DNA from: Octopus sinensis
Taxonomy: Eukaryota
Assembly (NCBI RefSeq): GCF_006345805.1
Contig: NC_043013.1
Span: forward strand, 55,242,001-55,306,000
Direction of reading: 5' to 3'
Length of the DNA stretch: 64,000 bases
In this document: positions 52,172 through 64,000 of the stretch, piece after piece
Position numbering within the stretch: the stretch's first letter is position 1
How the letters are laid out: each line of letters starts with the position of its first letter
Translations under genes and position numbers: made by a program
The notes under the pieces: generated by a model
The model's database searches: none
The model's input: the letters and a program-made list of their open reading frames with translations, nothing else
What the model was told of the DNA's origin: nothing

Positions 52172-52734
52172 GTCCCACCCATGCCAGCATGGGAGACGGA
52201 TGTTAAATGATGATGGTGATAATGATAAATATACATATGTATAACATAAGAACATATATATACACACACAAACACATATATATGCATACCCACCCATCTC
52301 AACAGAATTGAAACCCTGACCAAGCTTTTCCCTGCATCCTCTGACAACCACTCCTCCTTCAATCTTCTATATTACCCTGTCTCTTTCCCTTCCCCCTACA
52401 CTGAACCGATATCCTCCACGTCCAACTCGTTCCCTATCTCTAATCATCTCTCACACTAATTTCACTCACTGCATTTACCTACACATCCACCTTTTACTCT
52501 CTTCTATCCTATTCTGTTTCACATCCATGTTGTACGTGGACCTCACATCCCATTCTTTCCCCCTCTCACTTTCCAGGGGACACAAGACATGTATTCATCT
52601 CTCTTACAAGATACCTGCTTCACTTCTTCTATTATAGTTTCTTCCTCCAGTCTGTACCCAACTCAGCTGAGGGATCTTACTTTGCTGGTACTTGGTAACC
52701 TCACCAGTGCTGGAACCAAGTAAAAAGCATCCAT

Positions 52735-52870
52735 TATTTACATTTAACGGATATTTGTCCTCATCTTGTTTGTTGTTAACACAACGTTTCAGCTGATATA
52801 CCCTCCAGCCTTCATCAGGTGCCTTGGGGAAATTTCAAACTTGGGTTCTCATTCCTAAGGTATTTTTCAA

Positions 52871-52927
<57 letters not shown>

Positions 52928-52999
52928 CCAGGTCACTGCCTGGAATCAAACTTGGAATCTTGGGGTTAGTAGCCTGCACTCTTAAGCACTATGCCATAT
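52735..52999 (-). mobile_element. tRNA-headed SINE-like element with internal (AAT)n and hammerhead (family D)
   Basis: Minus strand: CATATGGCATAGTGCTTAAGAGTGCAGGCTACTAACCCCAAGATTCCAAGTTTGATTCCAGG (A/B boxes), (AAT)n, body, hammerhead, tail. Same architecture as 24366-24640. Confidence 0.8.
52778..52823 (-). ncRNA. Minimal type I hammerhead ribozyme motif
   Basis: Minus strand: GGCAC-CUGAUGA-A-GGCUG-gagggUauau-CAGCU-GAAAC-GUU-GUGUU. Helix III is only the palindrome ACGU (no loop, can form only in a dimer). Triplet GUU. Confidence 0.7.
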
Positions 53000-53406
53000 G
53001 TTGTATGGTTGGCATTGGGAAAGGCATTCAGTAGTAGAAACCTTGCAGATATAAAATCTGGCAGAGCCCTCTGGCTTGTCTGTTCCATCAAACCATCCAA
53101 ACCATGGAAAAGGGGACGTTAAATGATGATGATGATGATAACGATGATGACGGCAACATATATATAAAAATACAAGGTGAAAATCAAGTCGTAGCCCTTA
53201 ACTCAGTAAGTCCATGCTAGTGTCCCAAGAGTTCAAGAAGAAGTTCTAGTGTATGAATTCGCTTTGAGTGCATGGAGAGTTGCACAGCTCAAGAACCATT
53301 GACACAACAGAAGTTGAGACAACCTAAAGCCAAGTGTACTTTTGTGATTTTTCTTTATACACTCTCTGAAAAGTTTTATTTTAATCTCAACTTTTTGAAA
53401 AATCTT

Positions 53407-53473
<67 letters not shown>

Positions 53474-53539
53474 CATATACATAAATATGTATGGATGTAC
53501 ATATATATATATGTGTGTGTATGTGTATGTATATATATG

Positions 53540-53604
<65 letters not shown>

Positions 53605-53755
53605 GTATATATATATATGTATGTATGTATGTATGTATATATATATATATATGTATGTATATATATATGTATTTTTGTATATGTATGTATATATGTATAT
53701 ATATGCATATATGTATGTATATATATCTATGTATGTATGTATGTATGTATGTATG

Positions 53756-53786
<31 letters not shown>

Positions 53787-54090
53787 GTATGTATACATAT
53801 ATATATTTATATATATATATATATATATATATTGGTGTAATTGATAATTTTTCCAAATTAATTAATTTCACCCTTCATTATTACGGATAACCATATTTTA
53901 TCTCAGTAGATGACCACAGCATCTTGTTTTGGCTACACGCGGGTGGGAAGGGGCTGTTGACACAATCGTTTCATTCACAAATTGAATTCGGTGATACCAG
54001 TTGCGGATTCTAGCTCGCTCTGATACTGAGTTGAGTTGGTGCCTTCTGGTATCTCAAAATTCAATATATAATCATTTATGATTATAGTAT

Positions 54091-54204
54091 TCTACGCTGA
54101 AGAGAAAAGAAGTTTCGGTAAGATAGAATTATTTATTATTTAATATTTAATATTTAATTCTTATGCTTTCCTTAAAACTTGATTTCGAAACGTACGTCCG
54201 TGGA
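54091..54204 (+). ncRNA. Type I hammerhead ribozyme, copy 1
   Basis: UCUACG-CUGAAGA-[GAAA.AAGUUU...AUAGAAUUA/UAAUUCUUAU...AAACUU.UUUC]-GAAAC-GUAC-GUC-CGUGGA. 6-bp helix I, G-C closing pair of helix II, perfect palindrome ACGUACGU. Predicted cut after 54198. Confidence 0.9.
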
Positions 54205-54697
54205 TAACTAAAAAAATGTATGATAGATTGCAGTCAATTCATTCTCTCTTACCTGTTTGTGTCTGCCTTCCAAATGCTGTTTTTACTGAGATCTCCCTTT
54301 TTAGTAGAAGAAATAGCTATAACCCTTTGACTGCTATTTCTAAATTCGGTATGTGGTAAGGCAACTCGTTGCTAAACCCTTATTGCTTAGTATTACTTAA
54401 ATTTTCCTCGAATGAGGCTTTTACATGCCGAAGACTACTTGGTGTAATTGATAATTTTTCCAAATTAATTAATTTCACCCTTCATTATTACGGATAACCA
54501 TATTTTATCTCAGTAGATGACCACAGCATCTTGTTTTGGCTACACGCGGGTGGGAAGGGGCTGTTGACACAATCGTTTCATTCACAAATTGAATTCGGTG
54601 ATACCAGTTGCGGATTCTAGCTCGCTCTGATACTGAGTTGAGTTGGTGCCTTCTGGTATCTCAAAATTCAATATATAATCATTTATGATTATAGTAT

Positions 54698-54811
54698 TCT
54701 ACGCTGAAGAGAAAAGAAGTTTCGGTAAGATAGAATTATTTATTATTTAATATTTAATATTTAATTCTTATGCTTTCCTTAAAACTTGATTTCGAAACGT
54801 ACGTCCGTGGA
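54698..54811 (+). ncRNA. Type I hammerhead ribozyme, copy 2
   Basis: Identical to copy 1. Predicted cut after 54805. Confidence 0.9.
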
Positions 54812-55082
54812 TAACTAAAAAAATGTATGATAGATTGCAGTCAATTCATTCTCTCTTACCTGTTTGTGTCTGCCTTCCAAATGCTGTTTTTACTGAGATC
54901 TCCCTTTTTAGTAGAAGAAATAGCTATAACCCTTTGACTGCTATTTCTAAATTCGGTATGTGGTAAGGCAACTCGTTGCTAAACCCTTATTGCTTAGTAT
55001 ATATATATATATATATATATAGTCAATGCAAATAAATGAATAATAAAATTAACAGACGACAACAGGACTTGTTGTTCATACA

Positions 55083-55129
<47 letters not shown>

Positions 55130-56021
55130 GCACACACACACATGAAATTTTCTTTTTACTGTTCTTGTTGTTGATGATGTTATGGCCATATTCAATCAGT
55201 TATTTCTTTCTGTCGCTTTCTGAATATATTTCCATATAAACTTGATTTAAAGTCACAAAGCAGAAACAGTATATTCTACTCCATCATAAAAATAAGTATT
55301 TTTAAGCCAAGATTTACCTGAAGCTTTCTCAGAATTCATAGAAAATATTATCAATATTATCTGAATCAGCAAGATCTGTTGCTTGTTTTACGTATATTTT
55401 TTTTTCTTTCATCTCTATCAGGATATGTTGTCATTGTTAGAATCAACACAACCGACAATGTTGTTAGATTATATCATCATCATTGTCATCATCTTTGTCA
55501 ACATTGTTGTCAATGCCGGCAAAAATGGCAATGATGTCAGCAGCAGTGGCATGTTGACGATGATGATGATGAACATCATCATCATCACCATTATTGTCAT
55601 CATCATCATCACTATTATGGTCATCATCATCACCACCACTATTGTCACCATCATTCTCATCATCACCATTATTGTCATCATCACCATTATGATCATCATC
55701 ATCACGATTATTGTTATCATCATCATCATCACCACTTTTGTCATCATCATCATCATCATCATCACCATTATTATCATCCTCCTCATCATTGTTATCGACA
55801 TGATTTTTCCATGCTGGCATGGGTTATGACTTACTAAACCAACATTCTGCGGCAAGATGCTCTTCTTTCAGCTGTCAGGGGCCTTTGTGTTTTTGAAATA
55901 AGATATTTTTATTTCACTGGTCTTCATAAGTTGAAACCAAGAGACATGTGCACAATATCACCATTTCCCCAATGGTGCCACTATAAAGACACACAAAAAC
56001 ATACACCCATACTTGAGAGTG

Positions 56022-56075
<54 letters not shown>

Positions 56076-56270
56076 CACACACACACATACACGCACACAG
56101 ATATTTGACAGATTTCTGTGGAGTTTCCCTCCAATTTCAATAACAAAGAATTGGTCAGCCGAAGAGTATAAGCAAAGATGTAAAGACATTCCCTGAAGCT
56201 ACCACAAAGTGGAATGGAACTTAAAATCATTAAAACACTTAATGATTCTCTACATTCCTCCTCTAACGGG

Positions 56271-56450
56271 CACAGGTATAGGTTGGCTATGTGATAATTT
56301 TGCTTCCCAACCACATGGTTCCAGGTTCAGTCCCACTGCGTGGCACCTTGGGCAAGTGTCTTCTCCTATAGCCTTGGCCAATCAAAGCCACATGAGAGGA
56401 TTCGGTAGACAGAAACTGAAAGAAGCCCATCATGTGTGTGTGTATGTGTG
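56271..56450 (+). mobile_element. tRNA-derived SINE head (family B)
   Basis: CCACATGGTTCCAGGTTCAGTCCCACTGCGTGGCACCTTGGGCAAGTGTCTTCT...GAAACTGAAAGAAGCCC followed by (TG)n. Contains B-box-like GGTTCAGTCC. Confidence 0.8.
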
Positions 56451-57315
56451 TGCAATATGGCTGAATGGTTAAGTTGTTAGCCATGCAGTTCTGAGATCCC
56501 AGCTTAGTAACAATTGACTGCATGGCATCTCAGACAGGTATGGTTTACTCTAGTCTAGGTTTGATCCAAAACACGTAAGTGAAATTGAGTAAATGGAAAC
56601 TGTGAGGAAGCATGTCAGCTGGACTGCACTTGTAATTCAAAGGTCCAGTATTGTCACACTGTCACGTGCTCAACTGGGATTCATATGCTCGAGAATCCCA
56701 ATTAAGATACACATGCCTGTGGAATACCCAGTCAGCTTTGCAAAGAATTGATAAATAGCTTGAGTACTCATTCATGAAATGAAGATCCATTATAATAAGG
56801 TGTTGGCTAAAATCTATAGATATATTCATAATCACAGAATAATACTTCTTCATTAACAACTCCTACACCGTTTCCATCAGTATTTTATTTCTGATCATTT
56901 TGTATCACAATTCATGAACCCTGTTATTATTTATTATAGGTTTCTAATGGACCAATCTCTGGTTCACTACGTTTCTAGTATTGGGAATAATAAAGGTTTC
57001 CATGTCCCTTGGAGTACTTCAGTGAACTTCATATCTAAAACGACTGGAGTTTCTGACCACCGTCTATATATTTCTTTGATATATATTCATTGATGAACAA
57101 TACATATACATGCACAACGTATTGTGGAAATAACACATTTCATCAAATGACATTTTATCAAAACTACCTTCATAAAAATAGCTTTCAAATATATTTGTCA
57201 TCTAACAACTTTTGATTGAAACATGTTTCTATTGAAATTATCTTCATAGAATAATTTTACAAATATATACTCATCAAACAACTTTTTATCAAAACTACTT
57301 TTTGTAGAATAATAT

Positions 57316-57530
57316 TCTTTTCTACAATAGGAACAAGGCCTGGAATTTTTGGTGAGGGCACCAGTTAATTAGATCAACCACAGTAAGCAACTGGTACTTA
57401 ATTTTTCAACCCCGAAAGGATGAAAGGCAAAGTCAACCTCTGCAGAATTTGAACTCAGAACATAAAGACAGGCAAAATTCCACTAAGCATTTTGCCCAGC
57501 ATGCAAACATTTCTGCCAGCTTGCTGCCTT
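57316..57530 (-). mobile_element. Family-A SINE with target-site duplication
   Basis: Full head-core-tail. TTTTGTAGAATA at 57300-57311 and 57532-57543. Confidence 0.85.
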
Positions 57531-58832
57531 ATTTTGTAGAATATTATTATAAATTTAATTTGACAGACCAAGATTTATTCATAATTCTTTTACTTTCTCA
57601 AAAACGATTTGTCACCTGATTAAGCAAACTTGGGTAAATTATTCTCTGTTGCTAAGGTCTAATAGGCCAATTTTCCAGTTCCTTGACTGAAAACAAAAAT
57701 CAAACTTTCTTTCTTTTAAAACTGGGCCATGTCTGGTCCAAATATTCTACCTGTTTTATGAGTAAGTCTGCCAGATTCAGCCTCACACACCTGCCCTACA
57801 ACGTCATTGAAATGTTAAGGCTTTGATATAATGCAAGGTTAATTCAAAACAATATGAACCAATGAGAATTACATTTGACAAAGTAATCTGAATTCTAAAG
57901 AGTTAAACATGGGAATTATCTTTGAGAGATAGAATTTTCATTTCTTGAAATTATTTCCCCACCTTTTCAGAGACGCTAACAAATTAATTAAAAACATTTT
58001 TGCATATGGCATTTTGTACATCACCTAACTTATTACCTGTGTAGAATAATTGTTTTGTAGAATACTTTTGAGTACAGCATAATTTTAAATATCCAATAAT
58101 TCTTAATGTAAAATAGAAATACAATTTCCGTGCAAAAATTCATTTTAAAAAATGAAACAGAAATAGAAGTTAAAGGATTTCCATTTGTACCAGTTTCATT
58201 AGCTAATTACCACAGATAATAGATAATTATTTGACAATCAACAGCATGACACACTGTCTCAATATTCATTAGCTCTTTGCTCACTGTAGCAAAATATCTT
58301 CTGGGTTTTCTTTTTTTTTTTTCTGGTTTGCCATCCAATACCAGCAGAAAATTATTTAATAAATAACACTTTTGCACCTTTCTCATGTTGAAATTTTTTC
58401 ACAAGTTTACCTAATATAGGATGATGTATGGTTTTCTTCTAAATGCTTGGTGCCACCATTCAACACTATTATTTGTATGTGCTACATAACTGCACATGTA
58501 CATATATATTCCAATGAAGTATCAGAAATTCTGGATGTCAGCCATTTGTTTAGTATACAGCCTCAATCCATGCTGTTTCCAAATGGCCTATGAAGGAGCT
58601 TGGCAGAAGAGATCATATTGTCTGATTTATCTAAAGTTTTGATGTCCACAAAACTATAAAAACATTCACAAATCAAATGACTATCTTTTCTCTTTTACTT
58701 GTTTCAGTCATTCGAGTGTGGCCATGCTGGGGCAAGGCCTTCAAGAATCTTTTAATTTATCAAATGAATCAACCCCAGCCCTTTTATTTGTTTAAACCTG
58801 CCACTTATTCTACTAGTCCGGTCGACAAAATC

Positions 58833-59215
58833 TAATATACAAATAGCAACTTTTGTCTATCTGTTACCATCTTAGTGCCTAAACCAATGAACCAATATTC
58901 ACAAAACTTTGTATACATGTTACACTAACATCTAGTTCAATAATAGGCTAATTGGATTTCAATAAAAATCTATAATGTGCCCCCCACCCCCGGGGTATTG
59001 TATGAATTATATGATAAAATGAGAAGGTTGCAAAAAGTATTAGTCTGAGGGAAAGGTAGTAGCAGAGGGAGGGTAACTTATATCAGTGATGGTGAGAAAG
59101 CAGTGGCAATGGGATAATACAACAGTCATATACACATGACACTGCATACATACTTTCATAAACGCATTGATAAAACACACACACACACTCGCAGAATGGT
59201 GGGTATGAGGAATAG
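58833..59215 (+). mobile_element. Possible degenerate non-autonomous Helitron
   Basis: 5' A|TCTAATATACAAATAG...GTCTATCTG...AAACCAATGAACCAATATTCACAAAACTTTG resembles Helitron 5' regions. The 3' hairpin and CTRR are only doubtfully present near 59190-59215. Confidence 0.3.
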
Positions 59216-60879
59216 ATAGCTTTAAGGAGAGATGAGGTAGGTGGCTTTTCTGCTGTCCATCACAAAGAAGCACTCACACACAGACACATACATACATATG
59301 TACATATGTTTACTATACACCATTTAAAACTCATGATTTCTTGTGTGTACATTTGTAAATGTGTGTGTGGGACGTCCTATAACTGTCTGTCTCTCAACTT
59401 TTGTAGGGTCTTCCCTGTTGCTGTCACATATTGTGAGATTTTAAAATTACATCAAAAATTCCAAATTTGATATATTGAAATAACTTTCCATGTTAAATCT
59501 GATTTTTATTTGTTCCAGAAAAATTGCAGAAATATTTTACTGAGGTTTAAAGTTTAATCAATTGTAACTAATCAGAAAACAGGATTTGAAAGCTGGCACT
59601 TTCTGCATGATAGCTGTCTATCACGAAATGAAAACAAAATCATTAGGAGGAATTTTTATTAAACGAACGAAAGCAAAACATTATGATGACCAAAGTTGTA
59701 AGAACTTCTGAAGTTTTAATGAATAAAGTCAAAGTGAAATGGTCGAACAGACAAGTAAATAATTCAAAACGGAAAAAAATCCTCAACGCAGGTTTTTGGT
59801 GAAAAATTACACAAATCTGTGTTGATCAAGAGGCCAATCTGTCGGAGAAGGAATGCTCTGACATCAAATAAATAAAAATTTATGTGAGACATTCTATTGT
59901 AAAAATTGCCTGGCAATGATGGGCTATTCAGCTGGTGTATTTGTAAAATCATTTTCAGAACAGCTATGTGCTAAAAAGTTGCTTTAATAAAAATTCATGG
60001 TGTCATAAATTCATATGATGGGCTTCAATGGAGATTTTGTCAAGCAAACTCCACCCACAAGGTATTAGTGAACCTGAAGATGTAGTAGAAAAGATTCAAT
60101 CAAGGTGTCACAGGGTAAGATTGAACCTGGAATCAGGTGCTGTCATCATCATCAACACCATCAAATCATCCTAATCATCATTTTAATGTCTACTTTTCCA
60201 TACTCAAAGTCATTAGATGGAATTTTTTGAGGTAGAGTTTCTACAGCTGGAGGCGCTTCCTGTCACCAACCTTCACCTGCTTTGAAAGAAGGTAATATTT
60301 TCCCATGGCCAGACATGTTTTCATGGAAGATTGGTTATGAAGGACACTGCTTGCACGGCAGTGACGCTTGTTTAAAACTACTACACAATGCCAAGATAAG
60401 GAGACAGTAAGACACTATCAAATCATAACTTTACCGTGAGTCTAAACGCATTATTTATTCATTCATTTTAACATTGATTTTTCCACACCAGTATAGCTTA
60501 GACAGTGAAGTATAGGATGCAGGACTTTTATAACTGGTGCTGCTCTTCTCACTAACCCTTGCCTGTTTTTCAAGTTAAACCTGCAGTACAGAGGGCATAG
60601 CATTAAAAAGGTCATGGAGGGATACATAAAGACTTTGACAAATGTAACTGATGGAGTGATTAACTGAATGATTAATTTAACAATCTATTAATTAACTGAC
60701 TTCATAATTAACGTTTTTACAGGTATAATGACCCTCCTGATAAGCAGCAAAAAGTGTGTGTGTGTATATATATATATATAGTTAATCCAAAGATGAAAAC
60801 ACAAAGAGAAAACACAACACTAGGACGTGAAACAAGTATAGTGTTATTGGACGCTCAGGAAAGGAAAGAAAGAAGGAGG

Positions 60880-60914
60880 ACTTAATGTTTCGAGCAGAGC
60901 TCTTCATCAGAAAC
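60880..60914 (-). ncRNA. Decayed minimal hammerhead in a short repeat (about 60780-60975)
   Basis: Minus strand: GUUU-CUGAUGA-A-GAGC-ucu-GCUC-GAAAC-AUU-AAGU. ACAU instead of ACGU (CpG-type G>A) breaks helix III. Confidence 0.55.
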
Positions 60915-61020
60915 AGGAAAAGGAAAGATCCAAGGAAGGAAAGACGGTGGAAAAAAATTGCCAACAATACACATGCACTCACACACACTCTTTATATATA
61001 TATTTACACACACACATATT

Positions 61021-61062
<42 letters not shown>

Positions 61063-61224
61063 TACATGTGTGTGTGTGTGTGTACACACAAACACGCATA
61101 CATAGACATACGTCATTTACATTGCACACAGGTACATGTGTTTCTATGTACATCTTATATTGCATTATATCCTGTTGTATTATATCATTTAATTCTTTTC
61201 ATTTCATGAGAATGGAGTGGAGTG

Positions 61225-61420
61225 AATGATTTGATAGCTGAGTAATGAAGGCAGAAGTTCAACTGGACTGGATATGTCACCAGGTTCACAGACAGCAGGT
61301 GGATCCATGCAATTGTGAGTGGTATCCAAGAGACCAGAAAGGGTCCCATTGGGAGGCCTCCTTGATGATGGGAAGAGAATTTAGTTAAGCAACTTAGGTC
61401 AAGAGGGTAAAGAATGGTGC
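61225..61420 (+). mobile_element. RTE C-terminal remnant of a different subfamily
   Basis: QKFNWTGYVTRFTDSRWIHAIV / WYPRD / PIGRPP**WEENL matches the RTE motif W.GHVAR..D.RW....EW.PR..KR..GRP..RW.D. Confidence 0.75.
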
Positions 61421-62172
61421 AATGAAGACATTGGAAGAGCACTGTGAATAGCGGTGTATAACAATATCTGATAGTCTGGTTGATACTGTGATATTATATA
61501 ATTATATTATACAAAGCCAATTTGTCTTTGCGTTAACACTATTTTTTTTCCTTTCAAACTCTTTTTTTGTAAATGTGTGTATGTTTGTGTATGTTTGCAT
61601 GTGTATGAGAGTATGTGTTTGCCTGTATGTGTGAGTGTGTGCATATGTGCCTGCATATGTGAGTACATGCATTTCTACATGTATGTGTGTGTGTGAGTGT
61701 CTGTATGTGTGCAGGTGTTTATGCATATATACGTGTGTGTGTGTGTGTGTGTGTGTGTGTCCTCGAATGTCTGGAGAAATGCTTAACATTCCTCCACCAA
61801 CCAATCTAGTTTCTGTTATTATTTACCTTAATCCTTATTCAACACCTTACAGACCTATTCCTTTCTTTTCTCCACCCCCAAACTTCTTAACCATATTCTT
61901 CACCTTTGCATGTACACACCTTCTCACATATGGAACCCATATGCTGTTGTGATAACCATCTGTTAATTCCAACTGATAAAAGGTAAATAAAAAACAGCCA
62001 CAGTAATTTTAGATTCTCTAACAAGCTTATTATCGAGTTTCTCCTCTCTCTGATATATGTTATGGCCAAAAGGAAAACAACAAGGCACTGAGGAGCTATT
62101 GGCAGACAAGAGGTTTTTCAGGCTCATCTACATAGACACTTAAACTGCAAGAAATAACAGCCAAATGTACCT

Positions 62173-62402
62173 ATTTCTTTATTACCCACAAGGGGCTAAA
62201 CATAGAGGGGACAAACAAGGACATATGTAAGTATTAAGTCGATTACATCGACCCCAGTGCATAACTGATACTTAATTTATCGACCCCGAAAGGATGAAAG
62301 GCAAAGTCGACCTTGGCGGAATTTGAACTCACAACGTTGCAGCAGATGAAATACCGCAAAGCATCTCGCCCGACGTGCTATCGTTTCTGCCAGCTCACCG
62401 CC
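62173..62402 (-). mobile_element. Well-preserved family-A SINE with target-site duplication
   Basis: Minus-strand head GGCGGTGAGCTGGCAGAAACGATAG...GTGAGTTCAAATTCCGCC, then central domain and tail. AAATGTACCT at 62163-62172 and 62403-62412. Confidence 0.9.
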
Positions 62403-62412
62403 AAATGTACCT

Positions 62413-62640
62413 TTAACTCATTAGCATTTAAACTGGCCATACCTGGCTCAAATATAATATCTGTTTTATGTTACAAATGGCCAGATCTGGCCACCCACAC
62501 TTGCCCTACAATGTCACTCCAAAAATAAGCAATCACATGATTGAAATCACAAAGCTACAACATAACATACAATTAGTTCGAAATGACGTGAATAATTAAA
62601 CATTACATTTGATAAAGTAATCTGAATGCTTAAGGGTTGC
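62413..62640. mobile_element. TTAA-type (piggyBac-like) MITE
   Basis: TTAACTCATTAGCATTT ... ATCTGAATGCTTAAGGGTT. A homologous copy at about 57712-57906 ends GAATTCTAAAGAGTTAA. Confidence 0.45.
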
Positions 62641-63004
62641 TTAAACGACATTTTACTTAATATAATAAAATGCAAGACTTACCATTCGGTGTAATTCATG
62701 ATAATTATGTCTGAAAGGTAGGTCACATCCGGAATCTCATAGATGATATGTCTGCAACAACAACAAGAACCGTAACAACAATAGGCTCTGCTGAATTGGC
62801 TGAGATTTTACATGCATATATTATTTCTTACATTTGTCAAAATTTGACAGTGTGTATGTGTGTGTGCAAATCCTTTGTGAAGGTGATTACAAGTTTATAT
62901 CATGGATATTCACATCTTTGCATGCACAGGTATGAAATGTGTTTACATGTGTGGGTGTCCTCTTAATAATTAATGTAAATGTTGATGTGAAGTATTAGAG
63001 AAGA

Positions 63005-63570
63005 AGAATGTAGCAGGACATGTAGCAGACATGAAATGCATTACTAAGTACACAATTAATGTGACAGAACATGTGGCAGGCATGTAATACATTAAGTACA
63101 TGATGAATGTAGCAGGACATGTGATAGAAATGAAATACATTGCTAAGTTCACAATCTTTTCTATTCTAGATACAAAGCCTGAAATTTGGGGGGAGGGGCC
63201 CAGTCAATTAGATCGATCCCAGTACACAACTGGTAATTAGTTTATCGACCCTGAAAGGATGAAAGACAAAGTCAACAAGGACAGACAGATGGATTAAGTC
63301 GATTACATCAACCCCAGTGCATAACTGATGCTTAATTTATTGATCCCGAAAGGATGAAAGGCAAAATCGACCTCGGTGGAATTTGAACTCAGAATGTAAA
63401 GACAGACAAAATACCGCTAAGCATTTCGCCCAGCGTGCTAATGCTTCTGCCAGCTTACTGCCTTCAAGTATACAATTAATGTAACAGGACATGTGGCAGG
63501 TATGTAATACATTAAGTACAAGATGAATGTGGCAGGACAGGTGAGAGAAATGAAATACATTGCTAAGTAT
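63005..63570 (+). repeat. About 48/51-bp dimeric minisatellite interrupted by a SINE
   Basis: AAGTA(C/T)ACAATTAATGT(G/A)ACAG(A/G)ACATGTGGCAGG(C/T)ATGTAATACATTAAGTACA.GATGAATGT.GCAGGAC occurs at about 63047-63150 and 63466-63570. Confidence 0.85.
63156..63464 (-). mobile_element. Chimeric family-A SINE with duplicated central domain
   Basis: Two successive GAAAGGATGAAAG(A/G)CAAA cores, each with a different tail type, but only one tRNA head. Confidence 0.8.
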
Positions 63571-64000
63571 AACATATCAATCCTGTTAGAAATTTATCAA
63601 AAGTTCAAAAGTACAGAAAAGTTATAAAAAAAACTGTTGATAGTAAGAAACTGTTTTGATCAGATGAAAGTGAATATTTGTTTAGCAATAAAAGCTTATC
63701 CAAATGGTAAATATTTTTATTCCGGATGTAGTTGACAAGACTGCAACTTGGATAGATATGATGTACTGTTTTGTAGAAGACACACTTCGTGAATTTATTT
63801 ATTTTTTTGTTTTTTTAGGTGGGGGTGACAAAAATTAGAAATCGCTCCCAGCTAAAATAACTTTTCAGGTAGGATTCATAAAATCTCCTCTGTCTTATAT
63901 TCTTAGACATAGTGAGTTTAGTAAATACATAAAGAATTTTTCTAGTCTTCTCAATAACGGATGAAGCTATTTCCTATTTGTCTGGAAAATATTTATATGT

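Larger units (their letters stand above)
53832..55000 (+). mobile_element. 607-bp head-to-tail tandem (1.93 units) with one hammerhead per unit, inserted in (TA)n; retrozyme-like or Penelope pLTR tandem
   Basis: TTGGTGTAATTGATAATT at 53832 and 54439. The period is 607 at every checkpoint and I saw no differences. The second unit ends at 55000. (TA)n on both sides. Confidence 0.9.

Overview
Eukaryotic, AT-rich, microsatellite-saturated non-coding DNA. The repeat families (tRNA-headed SINEs, RTE LINEs with (GAT)n tails, (AAT)n/(TA)n/(ATCT)n tracts) look like those of an Octopus genome; this is an inference from recalled repeat sequences, not a search. No complete host gene is visible. Three splice-signal-supported candidate exons, all on +, suggest the window may lie in very large introns of a + strand gene. 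Almost all supplied ORFs are microsatellite artefacts. The real coding remnants are a young 5'-truncated RTE LINE (33.5-35.9 kb) whose RT carries an inserted C4HC3 PHD finger, several older RTE fragments, a decayed L1/Tx1 element (about 15.8-18.3 kb) and a Tigger/pogo transposase scrap. The most striking signal is RNA-structural. By eye I find 8 type-I hammerhead ribozyme motifs with a complete catalytic core, plus 4 decayed ones, from at least six unrelated repeat families. All complete ones have a self-complementary helix III, i.e. the dimer-type design. They include a 607-bp head-to-tail tandem with two apparently identical hammerheads (retrozyme/circRNA-like), a tRNA-headed SINE-like element containing a hammerhead, and Penelope-like ends with inverted arms. 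Long near-perfect fold-back palindromes also abut (TA)n tracts. Ribozyme activity, transcription and novelty are untested.
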